A DNA stretch of 64,000 nucleotides from contig BDGG01000014.1 of assembly GCA_001949185.1 (NCBI GenBank), forward strand, positions 527,378-591,377, written 5' to 3'. The stretch is from Ramazzottius varieornatus (Eukaryota; Animalia; Tardigrada). The notes beneath the pieces were generated by a model that saw nothing but the letters and a program-made list of their open reading frames with translations, had not been told where the DNA came from and ran no database searches. The position numbers were made by a program, and so were the translations under genes. Positions 63,150-64,000 of this stretch are shown here, one piece after another (within the stretch, counting starts at the first letter, position 1; every line of letters begins with the position of its first letter).

Positions 63150-64000
63150 CTACTCAATTACTTGAGGAGGTACATTCTTCACTTTGTCGTTGAGGTCGCT
63201 GACCATTTCCTCCAGGTCGGATATCCGACGCTGTAGCTCTTGGATGTTTGTCGCATCGGTATGGTTGTCATTTCGACGTAGTCTTCGGCGGAGGGGTGAG
63301 GCAGAGACTGGATCTGGCGACTGCATCCAGCGATTCAAGTAGCAGTCTGAAGTATCGAACACACATTAAGATTACACGGGACCTTCAAAATAGGGCCTGA
63401 GTTTCAAGCATTAAATACTGTACCTTCACAGCACTCTGCCCAGGGTGACAAGTCAATGGCCGGCACATCTTCGCACCACGAGTATCCACCCTGCTGCCCA
63501 GCCAAGAGGAAAATGTCTTTCTGTACCTTGTCGATGGTGTCCGTATTCTCACACAACACTCTGGCCAAGGAGGCTTTCTTGACTTCCGCCAGTTGTTCTG
63601 TGGAAAACTCTCCATGCTTTTCATACCAAAACCTGAAAAGTCTCACATTAGTTTCCATCAAATCGAGGCATCTCCATTTCAACCAATGTTTTTTTACCTG
63701 TCTCCACTGCGTAGATTCTTAAACTGTTCAGTCAGCAGACACATGAAGGTCGCTCCCACTTTGGCTCCGGGCAGCGGCCTCTCGCTCATGGCTGCAGCGA
63801 AGAGGTCCACGTTCCCCACATGACCATACACCTCTTCCAGTCGCTGCAGCTGTTCCCTTTCAATCTCGTTACTCAAGGCCGCAAAGTCCTTCGGTAGCGC
63901 CAAGTTGCACTTGCGCCGGAAGTCGACGTACGGCGGCAGACCGTGATCCCTTCCTCGTTGGATATTCAAGGCTCCCAGATCCAGCGGTAACCTGTGTGTC
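63150..64000 (-). CDS. Peroxidasin-like animal heme peroxidase, 3' part (gene begins beyond window; further 3' exons uncertain)
   Basis: DLGALNIQRGRDHG, DLFAAAMSE..LPGAKVGATFMCLLTEQFKNLRSGDR|FWYE, SLARVLCEN, IDLSPWAECC, coiled coil LQRRISDLEEMVSDL. Confidence 0.88.

Overview
This is eukaryotic (metazoan) genomic DNA with compact GT-AG introns. Gene content and architecture suggest a tardigrade-like invertebrate (inference only). Hand-assembled spliced genes, left to right: a secreted Cys/Thr-rich protein; a natriuretic-peptide-receptor-like gene that ends after a short cytoplasmic tail, plus a decayed paralog; a type-I membrane protein with a duplicated CUB-like/Cys module; a chromodomain gene; a 14-exon AGO-clade Argonaute (~906 aa, intact DEDH tetrad); a secreted disordered protein; a pancreatic-type lipase; calexcitin; a GT31 pseudogene; KLHDC10; a microbial-type Zn-dependent dehydrogenase; three paralogous 4-TM PPxY proteins; an SLC2A10/12-like transporter head-to-head with ACOT13; and the 3' part of a peroxidasin-like gene. 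Intergenic DNA holds several TIR/TSD-supported mobile elements (hAT, TA-flanked MITEs, Tc4/Tc5-like, Helitron2-like). The main unexplained signal is a family of ~49-bp hairpin units (CAAGTGGCGCAC-~25 nt-GTGCGCCACTTG, ~80-bp period). They form 1-3-unit arrays at 11 loci, all inside predicted introns, and four of the arrays lie in the Argonaute gene. A second, sequence-unrelated hairpin family with similar geometry is also intronic.
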